The notes below the pieces were generated by a model. It did not search any database, was not told where the DNA came from, and was given only the letters and a program-made list of their open reading frames with translations. A DNA stretch of 64,000 nucleotides, taken from IMG/VR virus record IMGVR_UViG_3300005098_000001; one strand, written 5' to 3'. Below, piece after piece: positions 18,121 through 26,661 of this stretch. The DNA is from an uncultured virus (IMG/VR IMGVR_UViG_3300005098_000001) (lineage: Duplodnaviria; Heunggongvirae; Uroviricota; Caudoviricetes). The translations under genes and the position numbers were made by a program. Position 1 is the first letter of the stretch. Each line of letters starts with the position of its first letter.

Positions 18121-18296
18121 TGAAAGTGATAAAGAAAGAAGATATTACACTTTATATTCCAGAAACTAAAGAAGATATAAGTAAGTTACCTGAAGATTCA
18201 GAAACTTTAAGTAGCTTTGCTTCTATAGATTCTGAAGTAAGAAAAGAAATTAGAAGAAAAAAAATAAAAGAAAAACTATTGAGGATTAAAAAATGA
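18117..18296 (+). CDS. Small 59-aa protein, candidate immunity protein (below the ORF-track cutoff)
   Basis: ATGA overlaps at both ends; MMKVIKKEDITLYIPETKED..LLRIKK. Confidence 0.6.
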   Translation: MMKVIKKEDITLYIPETKEDISKLPEDSETLSSFASIDSEVRKEIRRKKIKEKLLRIKK

Positions 18297-21200
18297 AACT
18301 GTGTTATGTTTCAGAAATAAATACAAATGAAATTCAACTAAAAGATGGAGTCCATTATGGAAGAATAGAAGTGTTTCGTGTCGGAAAATGGAAACATCCA
18401 ACTTATGGTTGGATTAAAGCTGATCTAAACATGTTTGAAAATATGATCAAAAATTGGAAGAATAAAGTAATTGGAAGAGAATTAAGTTTTGACTTTCATC
18501 ATAGACCAGAATGGGGGGCAGCAGCTTGGGTGAAAGATCTAAAAATTGAGGGGGACAGATTAGTAGCTTATGTTGAATTTACACCAAAAGGGTATGAAGC
18601 TGTGAAAAACAAAGAATATTTATATTTTTCTCCGGAATATGTAGAAAATTATATTGATAAAGAAGACCCCTCAAGACAGTATGGACCAACATTATTAGGA
18701 GGAGGATTTACTAATACTCCATTCTTAACTAATTTAGCACCAATTGCAATTTCTAAACATTTGGAAGATAAGATCAAATGTTTTTGTTTTTCTGAACTTT
18801 GTGATGAATCTTGTAAATTAACTACAATACAAACACCTGGAATTCATACACCTCAATATATTAAAAACTTTAGAGTAGATTATGCAGGAAATGATGACCT
18901 TATAGATGCTTGGAACTCTATTGTAGAACAATACAATAAAAATAAAGATAAGTCCTTATTAAACTTAGCTTGGGAAATTTTTAAGGAAGCAAAATCAAGA
19001 GGAATACAAGACAAATTAAAAGGAAGTTTGGCAAATAAGTTTTCTAAGATTAAAAAAGAGAAACTGGAAGATGTTTTCCAATCTTTTCCAAATGAAATTG
19101 AAATCCCAGGAGTAATTAGTCTAATTGGTTCATATACCCAAGGAAAATATACTTCAGATTTGGACTTACACATTAGATGGACAAATGCACTAGAAAAAGT
19201 TAAAAAAGAACTTTGTAGACTTCTTCCTATTGAACTTTCACCTGTTCACTTTGTTACTGAAGAAAAGCTTTTAAATGAAGAGCCTCTGACTAAAGGAATT
19301 CCACTTTATAAATTGAAACTTGAAAGGTATGAGACGACTTCAGAAGAACAAAACAATTACTTTGTTCCATTAAGTGACAAATTCTTATTGAAGTTAGAAG
19401 GTGAAATAGGAAATAAAGTGAATTTAAAAGTAGGAGATGTAAATATCACTTTAGATGAAGATTTAGAATCAGAATTTAAAAATATTTCAAAATTTGATCA
19501 TATTAGTGTAAAAGGAATTTGGACACCTATAGATGGAATTGTATTATATGATATTCAAAAACTAGAAGGAAAAGAATTAATAGATATTGTCGAATTAAGG
19601 AATCAATATTTAGAAAAGTTAGATAATTCACAAAATATTACAAAGAGACCTCTTGTACATTTTTCTGAAGCTTTTAATTATTGGAATAAAGGTTATGATT
19701 ATGCTTATATTCCTAGTGAAGATAAAATCATTCCTATAGGAGATTTAATCAATTCTGAAGATACCTGGGATTTATGTTGGTCTACCTCATTAAAGTTCTT
19801 CCATCCTAAAGGATATGATCCAACTAAAGTGAGAGATGATCAGTTGAGAGATGATATGAGAATTGCAGTTGCTCACTTGTCTAATATGGATAAAGGCAAA
19901 AAATCTATGTTTTCCTCTAAAGAAGAAGGTTTAGATTTTCTTAAAAGAATAATTGAAGAAGCAATTAAAAGGGATATAATAACTTTTCATCCTGAAAACT
20001 GGAGTTCTGCTGCCAAAAAATATATGACTCCTGTAATTAGTTCTCTTACAAAAAATAAAATAGAGATAGAGAAAGACCAAATAGATAATCTTTTGAAAGG
20101 GAAAGTTACTAAGGATTTTTTGAAGAAAAAGGTTATTACAATTGTAATAGACAAAAAAGAAGATCTTTCTAAACTTACATTTATTTCAGATGGAAATAAA
20201 ATATATGGAATTATCAGATGTTTTCATCCTTATAAAAAAGATGGAAAATTCCTTTATATAGTAAGGGATTTTATTCCATTTAAAAATCCAACTAAAGATG
20301 TCAAAGCAAGATTAATAGATACTTCAGGAATACAATTAGCAAATAAAAATGAAATTAAAATAGATTTAGGATGTGGTAATAATAAACCAGATGGCTATAT
20401 TGGTGTAGATATTGTTTATTATCCATGTGTAGATATACTTTGGGATTGTTCTAAAGGACTTCCTTTTCCTGATAATTTTGCAGATGAAATTAGAGCATTT
20501 CACTTTTTAGAACATTTAGAAGATCAAGACAAAATAATGTGGGAAATTTGGAGAGTATTAAAACCAGAAGGAAAATTTATTTTTGAGATTCCTTCTACAA
20601 AGACAGAGGGAGCATTTGCTTGCCCAGATCATAAAAGTTATTGGAACAAAAGTACATTCTATTTTTACTCTCAGCCTGAACTTGCTCAGGGAAGGCCATT
20701 ATTTAACATTATAGAATTAAGAGAAGAAACTAGAGGAAATTTAGTTTATGTCAATGGAATTTTAACTCCAGTAAAATTTAAAGGAGACAAAAGACTTGTA
20801 GATGTAATGTCTGATATTAAACTTTTTGAGCCATTTCAAAAATTTGACCAACTTCCAAAACCAGCAATGAAAATATATACCGAATTCTTTAATGTTGATG
20901 AATTATGGAATAAATGGGGAAGTAAATTAATGGAACAAGGAAGAAAGTTTGCAGCAGAAAACAAACTAAATGGATTTAGAACTTTCATACAAAAGAAAGG
21001 AGATAAAGTGAGTTTATTTTTTGAGGATTCTCAAAAAGAAAGGGATCTTCCAGGAATAAATGATTTCTTACTTAAAATAAAAGACGACTTTGCTTTAGAT
21101 ACAAATGTAGGAATAGATAAAAAAGGAAAACCTCTTCCTAGAATTAAAATTATGAAACTTTTAGGGAAAGCAGAAGAAAAACTAGAACCTGACGAAATAA

Positions 21201-21826
21201 TCAAAGTTACTGCATTTGATATTGTTTATTGGAATGAGGATTTAACTGATTTACCTTTTATTGAAAGAAGGAAAAAACTGGAAGAATTTTATAAGAAATA
21301 TTTGTCTAAGGATCCTCATTTTGGGATTTCGGAAATGGTCATAATCAAAGATAAAAAGCATCTGGAGAAAGTTTATAAAAAATTAGGCTTTATGCCTCAA
21401 AGTGAAGGAGTTGTTTTAAAAGCATTAGGTAGCAAATATGAATTTAAACCTCTTACTGATTGGGCCAAAATAAAACACATGGTAGAGTTTAAAGCAAGAG
21501 TAATAGATGTCAAATTGAATAAAAATGGTACTTATTCATTTAGATGTGGACTTTTAAAAGGAAATTCTCCTTATCAAAATATTGTTAAATACAATGGTGA
21601 AGAACTTCTAGATATGGGCTGGACTTATAATGCCAATTTTAAAGCCTTCAAAGGAGATATTATAACAGTTCAAGTTGAAGAATTAATTCCATCTGAGAAA
21701 AATGGAGTTCCAGTTCTAGATTGGTTAGGAGCCTTACCAGTTGATGTAGATAAAGAAAGAGATGAACCATATTTTGCAAATCAGTGCATAGACCTTGCCA
21801 AAAGAGGAGGAATTTGGCAAGAATAA
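18293..21826 (+). CDS. Mu-type prohead protease polyprotein with NTase-like, SAM-methyltransferase and ATP-dependent ligase domains
   Basis: Protease: DFHH..AAAWV..YLYFSPE..GFTNTPFL. NTase: IGSY..SDLDL. MTase: DLGCG..GVD..WRVLKPEG. Ligase: ENKLNGFR, AFDIV, EGVVLK, WAKIK, then OB fold. Confidence 0.85.
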   Translation: MKLCYVSEINTNEIQLKDGVHYGRIEVFRVGKWKHPTYGWIKADLNMFENMIKNWKNKVIGRELSFDFHHRPEWGAAAWVKDLKIEGDRLVAYVEFTPKGYEAVKNKEYLYFSPEYVENYIDKEDPSRQYGPTLLGGGFTNTPFLTNLAPIAISKHLEDKIKCFCFSELCDESCKLTTIQTPGIHTPQYIKNFRVDYAGNDDLIDAWNSIVEQYNKNKDKSLLNLAWEIFKEAKSRGIQDKLKGSLANKFSKIKKEKLEDVFQSFPNEIEIPGVISLIGSYTQGKYTSDLDLHIRWTNALEKVKKELCRLLPIELSPVHFVTEEKLLNEEPLTKGIPLYKLKLERYETTSEEQNNYFVPLSDKFLLKLEGEIGNKVNLKVGDVNITLDEDLESEFKNISKFDHISVKGIWTPIDGIVLYDIQKLEGKELIDIVELRNQYLEKLDNSQNITKRPLVHFSEAFNYWNKGYDYAYIPSEDKIIPIGDLINSEDTWDLCWSTSLKFFHPKGYDPTKVRDDQLRDDMRIAVAHLSNMDKGKKSMFSSKEEGLDFLKRIIEEAIKRDIITFHPENWSSAAKKYMTPVISSLTKNKIEIEKDQIDNLLKGKVTKDFLKKKVITIVIDKKEDLSKLTFISDGNKIYGIIRCFHPYKKDGKFLYIVRDFIPFKNPTKDVKARLIDTSGIQLANKNEIKIDLGCGNNKPDGYIGVDIVYYPCVDILWDCSKGLPFPDNFADEIRAFHFLEHLEDQDKIMWEIWRVLKPEGKFIFEIPSTKTEGAFACPDHKSYWNKSTFYFYSQPELAQGRPLFNIIELREETRGNLVYVNGILTPVKFKGDKRLVDVMSDIKLFEPFQKFDQLPKPAMKIYTEFFNVDELWNKWGSKLMEQGRKFAAENKLNGFRTFIQKKGDKVSLFFEDSQKERDLPGINDFLLKIKDDFALDTNVGIDKKGKPLPRIKIMKLLGKAEEKLEPDEIIKVTAFDIVYWNEDLTDLPFIERRKKLEEFYKKYLSKDPHFGISEMVIIKDKKHLEKVYKKLGFMPQSEGVVLKALGSKYEFKPLTDWAKIKHMVEFKARVIDVKLNKNGTYSFRCGLLKGNSPYQNIVKYNGEELLDMGWTYNANFKAFKGDIITVQVEELIPSEKNGVPVLDWLGALPVDVDKERDEPYFANQCIDLAKRGGIWQE

Positions 21827-22611
21827 TGAGAGAAGGAAACATTGATTATAAACCTGGTGATAGTGGTTGGATGATTTTTCAAACTCATGAAAGATTCTTA
21901 AGAGAGTATCAAATTAAATATACACATGATTTAGGTTGGAAAAGAATCATACTTTCTCCAAAGGAAATTAGTATACTAGAAACTATAAGTTCTTTTAATT
22001 GGAGAAAAATCAATGATAGAAATATTTCAGAAAATAAAGATTTCCTCAAAAGATTAACAAAACATATAGAATCAGATCTCTATCCAAATCTTAATAAACT
22101 AAGTATAATACAACTAAAGGTTCTAGCTAAAGTTGATCCAGTTAGTATTCATACTGATATTAGATTTCAAAGACTTTCTCCTACTAAAGACAATTATTTT
22201 GAGGGAGGAGAAATATTTAAACCGGGAAATCAATTTTATGATAATCCTCTTTTACACTTTGATGAAGATCAACCTTATTTATTTGATTTTAAAAAAGGAA
22301 GAGAAAGAGAATTAGAATTAGCTGAAATAGTCAAAGGTCCATTAGAATGGATGAAAATTGGAGATAAAAAACCTTATATTGCCAGACCTGGAGAACCAGG
22401 TGCAGGAGAAAATACTTATGGAAGATTAGTAATAAGAGAAAAAGCCAAATGGTGGGCAGGAAAACAGGATAGACATTCTAAGGAATTTTGGTTTGAGGGA
22501 AAATATGTATATGGTTGTTATCAATTTAATTATGTTCCTTTAGGTGATGGAAGACGTCAATGGATGATGATACATGTTAAAAGTAAAACTAAAGAAGATG
22601 TTTTAGGATGA
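21826..22611 (+). CDS. LigD 3'-phosphoesterase (PE)-like protein
   Basis: TAATG-coupled to the polyprotein. FQTH..IHTDIRF resembles the PE QxH..HxDxR motif; later FWFEG..G.Y strands. Confidence 0.55.
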   Translation: MREGNIDYKPGDSGWMIFQTHERFLREYQIKYTHDLGWKRIILSPKEISILETISSFNWRKINDRNISENKDFLKRLTKHIESDLYPNLNKLSIIQLKVLAKVDPVSIHTDIRFQRLSPTKDNYFEGGEIFKPGNQFYDNPLLHFDEDQPYLFDFKKGRERELELAEIVKGPLEWMKIGDKKPYIARPGEPGAGENTYGRLVIREKAKWWAGKQDRHSKEFWFEGKYVYGCYQFNYVPLGDGRRQWMMIHVKSKTKEDVLG

Positions 22612-22823
22612 GGGAAAGAGTTTCAATAATTTACAACTTCAATATTTCTACATTTAAAAATGGGCTTCCTGCTATAATTGTTCCTAATTTAGGAACATTT
22701 ACCCTTACAATTTATAATGAGTTTAGATGTAGAAAATGTAATAAACTTCTAGTAAAACCTTCAGAGAGAGGAATTGCCGGAGCAATTAAGTGCCCTCGCT
22801 GTGGGTATATTAATAAAATTTAA
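22608..22823 (+). CDS. Com-family zinc-finger regulator
   Basis: FRCRKCNKLL..IKCPRCGYIN. Confidence 0.8.
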   Translation: MRERVSIIYNFNISTFKNGLPAIIVPNLGTFTLTIYNEFRCRKCNKLLVKPSERGIAGAIKCPRCGYINKI

Positions 22824-22944
22824 CAATTTTTGAGGTTTAGTTTATAATTTTATTGAATTAAGGCCAAAAGAGCCCGCCTTTTTAAATCTTTTTTAATCCT
22901 TTTTAATCCAAAAAAAACAAAAAAAGAGAGGAGGTGTATAGTTT

Positions 22945-23739
22945 ATGCCAGTACATGATTTGGAAGAAATGAAATTTTGCAAGTTAGCAGGTACAGATCG
23001 GTGTCCTATCTTCGTTGAACTTGGAGATGATGCTAAACCTGAATATGGAAAGTATCCTGAAGTTCTAAAGAAACAAAGTAAGAAAAAGAGAGCTGAATTA
23101 GAGGAAAAGATCAAACAGTGTGAGCAGATGTTGAATGGTTATAAGTGTCCATATCTCTTTGAGGAAGAGGATTATGCCTATGCCAAAAAGAAGAAAAAGA
23201 AAGCAACAGAAGAAGATGAAGCAGGTTACGGCTACGAGAAGGAAAAGAAAAAAGAAAAGAAAGCTACAGGTGAGGAGGCCACAGTGAAATTAGTTGAATT
23301 AGAGGAAAGAATTAGAAAGTTAGAGGAACTTAATAAAGCCTTACAGGAAAGGAATAAATTACTCGAGGAAAAGACAAAGCTTGCTGAAAGAAGGGCCTTT
23401 GAAAAAGAAGTTGAATCTAAGTGTCAAAAGATGTTAGAAGATGGAATCTGGCCTGCCTTTGTGGACGAAGTTAAGAGAATACTTCTTGCTTCTCAGGATC
23501 AAACTATTAAGCTTGAAGACAAAGAATCGTCAATTATGGAAATAATTGACAGATTGATAGAGAAAATTCCCGATGAAGTTAAGGTTTCATTTGAGGACCT
23601 TACTAAAACTAAGACAATACCTCCTGGTGGTACAGAACTTATGACAGTTGAAGAAGTGGAAAATTGGGCAAAGGAAAAAGGTATCACATTTGAAGAGGCA
23701 TGTGAAATTTTAGCAAAAGAAGGAAGAATTAGAATCTAA
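22945..23739 (+). CDS. Capsid scaffolding protein
   Basis: Highly charged coiled coil upstream of the decoration and capsid genes; GGAGGTG RBS. Confidence 0.65.
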   Translation: MPVHDLEEMKFCKLAGTDRCPIFVELGDDAKPEYGKYPEVLKKQSKKKRAELEEKIKQCEQMLNGYKCPYLFEEEDYAYAKKKKKKATEEDEAGYGYEKEKKKEKKATGEEATVKLVELEERIRKLEELNKALQERNKLLEEKTKLAERRAFEKEVESKCQKMLEDGIWPAFVDEVKRILLASQDQTIKLEDKESSIMEIIDRLIEKIPDEVKVSFEDLTKTKTIPPGGTELMTVEEVENWAKEKGITFEEACEILAKEGRIRI

Positions 23740-23758
23740 AAGAAAGGAGGTGAAATAA

Positions 23759-24358
23759 ATGAGTGCCTTTGGCCATGGTCAAAATCCCGAAGGTATTATA
23801 AGTTTAAGATGGATAGATTCAACTAACAAAGTAAGAAAAAATGATTTAGTAAGATTAGCCATAGGAACTGCTGATGCTGCAGAATTTCCCCACTCCGAAA
23901 ATGATTTGATTGTTGGTGTATCTCTAGATGAAGGAACTTTGAATAATTGGATTCAGGTTGCAACTGAGGGGATAGTTAGGGTTAGAAATTCTAAAGCAGG
24001 AACAGTAAATAGAGGAGATCCTGTTATATATGATCACACTAATTCTGGTGGGACTGTAGGAAAAGTCAGAAGTGCCTTTATTTCGGGAGAACATATATCG
24101 GGTACTACTTATTTCGATTCTCTTGCTCACAAGGCTGTTCCTGGTTCTATAAGGAAAGTTTCTGGAACTGGTGTGCTTGAATATCTCTCTGCAGAAGGTA
24201 CAGCTATTCGTTTTGGAGGGAATCATGATTGTACTATAGCCTATCAGATAGATGCTCCTGTAATTGGATATGCTTTAGATGAGGCAAAAACTCCTAATCA
24301 ATTATTTAGAGTTGTAATTTCAAAACAAAGACATATTAAGAATAACTCAATATTATAA
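23759..24358 (+). CDS. Head decoration/cement protein (DUF2190-like, with insertion)
   Basis: IVGVS..V.TEGIVRV..GDPV..IGYALDEA..V; located immediately before the capsid gene. Confidence 0.7.
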   Translation: MSAFGHGQNPEGIISLRWIDSTNKVRKNDLVRLAIGTADAAEFPHSENDLIVGVSLDEGTLNNWIQVATEGIVRVRNSKAGTVNRGDPVIYDHTNSGGTVGKVRSAFISGEHISGTTYFDSLAHKAVPGSIRKVSGTGVLEYLSAEGTAIRFGGNHDCTIAYQIDAPVIGYALDEAKTPNQLFRVVISKQRHIKNNSIL

Positions 24359-24376
24359 AAAGGAGGTGAAAAATAA

Positions 24377-25306
24377 ATGGGCATAACAGTTCAAACACCC
24401 GGAATTCACACTAATGTTTATTTAAGTAAGATTGCTGTAAACTATGCTCAGGATCAGTTTATGTGGGATAGATTGATGCCTCCATTTCTTGTAAAACGCG
24501 AATCTGATAAATTTAAGAAGTATAAAAAAGATGGATATTTCAAGGGAGCTCCTAAAAGAGCAGATGGTGCTCCTGCAGAAGAAGCCTCTCTCTCCTATAC
24601 CTGGGATACATATTCTTGTTATGAAAGGGCCTTAAAGGATATCGTAACTGATCGTGCAGTAGCAAATGCTGATAATGTATTTAATCTTAAAGCAGATACT
24701 GTGAAGTTCTTAACAACAAGAGTCAAATTAGGAATGGAAATAGATGTAATGGAAATTTTAACAAAGACAGATGGTAGCGGATTGTCAAGTGGACATTATA
24801 GTTCTCCTTCCAATAAATGGAATGATTATACAAATAGTGATCCTCAAGAAGATATTAGGAATGCAAAAAATGTCATAGCAAAAGCAATAGGTAGACTTCC
24901 TAACGTGATTTGTATGTCCCCTGAAGTTGAATCTCATTTGGCTGCTCACACAAAAATTAAAGAATTAGTGAAATATACAAGTAAAGATGCTCTTACTAAA
25001 GGTGGACTTCCTCCGACTTTATGGGACCTTACAGTTATAGTTTGCCCAGCGGTTTATAATACAGCAGAAGAGGGATTATCAGTTAGTATGGATTATGTAT
25101 GGAGTGACAATGTGATAATTGCTTATGTAAATCCTGCAGATACAGTGACATTGGGTAAAACATTCATTCATAATAAGAGGAATATGCTAGTTCACACTTG
25201 GCGGGATGAAGAAAGAGAGGGTGAGTGGATTAGAGTTTTGTGTAACTATGATCCTAAGATTATCTGTCCAGATGCTGGTTATTTGTTATATAATGTTTTA
25301 ACATAA
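24377..25306 (+). CDS. Major capsid protein (lambda gpE-like HK97 fold)
   Basis: LSKIAVNY..P..V..SD, KWNDYTNSDP..DI, PNVICM, DAGYLLYNV; strong RBS. Confidence 0.88.
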   Translation: MGITVQTPGIHTNVYLSKIAVNYAQDQFMWDRLMPPFLVKRESDKFKKYKKDGYFKGAPKRADGAPAEEASLSYTWDTYSCYERALKDIVTDRAVANADNVFNLKADTVKFLTTRVKLGMEIDVMEILTKTDGSGLSSGHYSSPSNKWNDYTNSDPQEDIRNAKNVIAKAIGRLPNVICMSPEVESHLAAHTKIKELVKYTSKDALTKGGLPPTLWDLTVIVCPAVYNTAEEGLSVSMDYVWSDNVIIAYVNPADTVTLGKTFIHNKRNMLVHTWRDEEREGEWIRVLCNYDPKIICPDAGYLLYNVLT

Positions 25307-25360
25307 ATTTTTATAATAGCTTTTTTTGGATTTTTGATTTTTTAAATTTTTGGAGGTTTT

Positions 25361-25594
25361 ATGTTAGTTAGAGTTTTAAAATATTCTGTTACTTATCCGA
25401 CTGGTCCTCAAAATAAAGGGGACATCATTGAATTGACTAGAGAAGAAGCTAAACATTATATTAATTTAGGTTGGGTAGAACCATTACCTAAAAGTATGCA
25501 GAATAAAAAGTCAAAGCAAAAGATTATAGATGAGAGAAAGTTGGTTAAAGATTTAAGTCTTACAAGGAGATTAGAATATGCCAAAAGATTATAG
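25361..25594 (+). CDS. Small head-associated protein
   Basis: GDIIEL..EA..YI.LGWVE, typical of post-capsid genes. Confidence 0.6.
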   Translation: MLVRVLKYSVTYPTGPQNKGDIIELTREEAKHYINLGWVEPLPKSMQNKKSKQKIIDERKLVKDLSLTRRLEYAKRL

Positions 25595-25916
25595 ACAAGT
25601 AATAGAAAGTGAAGAACAAGGTTGGAGTCTTACAGAAAAAGGTCAAGGTACTTTAACCCTTACTAAGACTAAAGCTACTGATAAATATCACCTTGTCTAT
25701 AATCTAGACGCAACTTGTACAGAACCTTATGAAATAGAAATTATAACAGGGACAAAATTTTTATGGCAAATGAAGTTTAGTGCAGGATATACTTTATTAA
25801 GACAGTTCAGGCCAGGCTTAAGAGGCTTACTAGGTACTTCTATTGATGTTACATTAAAAACTTCTTCAGCTGGTACTTCTTTTTTGAATGTTTCAGGATG
25901 GAGTGGAATTAAATAA
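25578..25916 (+). CDS. Hypothetical beta-rich virion protein
   Basis: Position in the head operon. Confidence 0.5.
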   Translation: MPKDYRQVIESEEQGWSLTEKGQGTLTLTKTKATDKYHLVYNLDATCTEPYEIEIITGTKFLWQMKFSAGYTLLRQFRPGLRGLLGTSIDVTLKTSSAGTSFLNVSGWSGIK

Positions 25917-25933
25917 ATATTAATAGGTAAGGA

Positions 25934-26383
25934 ATGTATGGAGGAACAAGCCAAGTTGAGAGGATTTTAGGAATTGGAAGAGGAAAAATTACTATTGGAA
26001 CTACTGATGATTCAACAATTGGGACCTCATACATTAGAAAAGCAATCGAACAAACAGATAAATATATAAACGCAAGACTTTTACCTTTCTTCGATAATCT
26101 TCCTATTTCTCCTACTCCGGATGCCTTAGAATTTTGTTCTAATTTTCTTACTGCTTATTTTGTGTATACAGAACTTTTATGTGCAGATTCTCAAGAGCCT
26201 CCAGATGCAGTAAAAGATTGGAAAGACTTGGCTTTAGAAGCTTTAGATTCTTATATTAAAGCTAGACTCTCAACTAGAGGATATCCTACTTATACTAAAC
26301 AGGATAGACTTTTTAAGATTAAAGGAATAAAGGGAATTGGAGAAGGAGTGATTAAAGACGATGATACCATAATAGAAAGATGA
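25934..26383 (+). CDS. Head-tail adaptor (Mu gp36/DUF1320-like)
   Basis: MYG....V..IEQTDKYINARL..LP....PDAL..A...L. Confidence 0.7.
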   Translation: MYGGTSQVERILGIGRGKITIGTTDDSTIGTSYIRKAIEQTDKYINARLLPFFDNLPISPTPDALEFCSNFLTAYFVYTELLCADSQEPPDAVKDWKDLALEALDSYIKARLSTRGYPTYTKQDRLFKIKGIKGIGEGVIKDDDTIIER

Positions 26384-26595
26384 ATAATTTAACATATATA
26401 GGAGTTAGTATAATTTCACTTTTATCTTTAGCAATTGGATATTTTTGGAAAACCAAAGTCGATAAAAATTTTTGTAATTTAAAGCATGAAGAATTAGATA
26501 GAAGAATAGGAATTTTATTTGATGAAATAAAAACTGATATTAAAGAATTAAAACATAAACAAGAAAATTTTAGCACTTCCTTAGAAGTTCCTTAG
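26380..26595 (+). CDS. Single-TM coiled-coil protein (holin/XhlA-like), truncated by an 11-bp duplication
   Basis: N-terminal TM followed by coiled coil; ttccttagaag x2 at 26577-26598. Confidence 0.55.
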   Translation: MNNLTYIGVSIISLLSLAIGYFWKTKVDKNFCNLKHEELDRRIGILFDEIKTDIKELKHKQENFSTSLEVP

Positions 26596-26661
26596 AAGAA
26601 ATCAAAGAAATTCTTTTAAAATCTATTGCAAATCCACACAAATAGTATTATAATATTTTAA

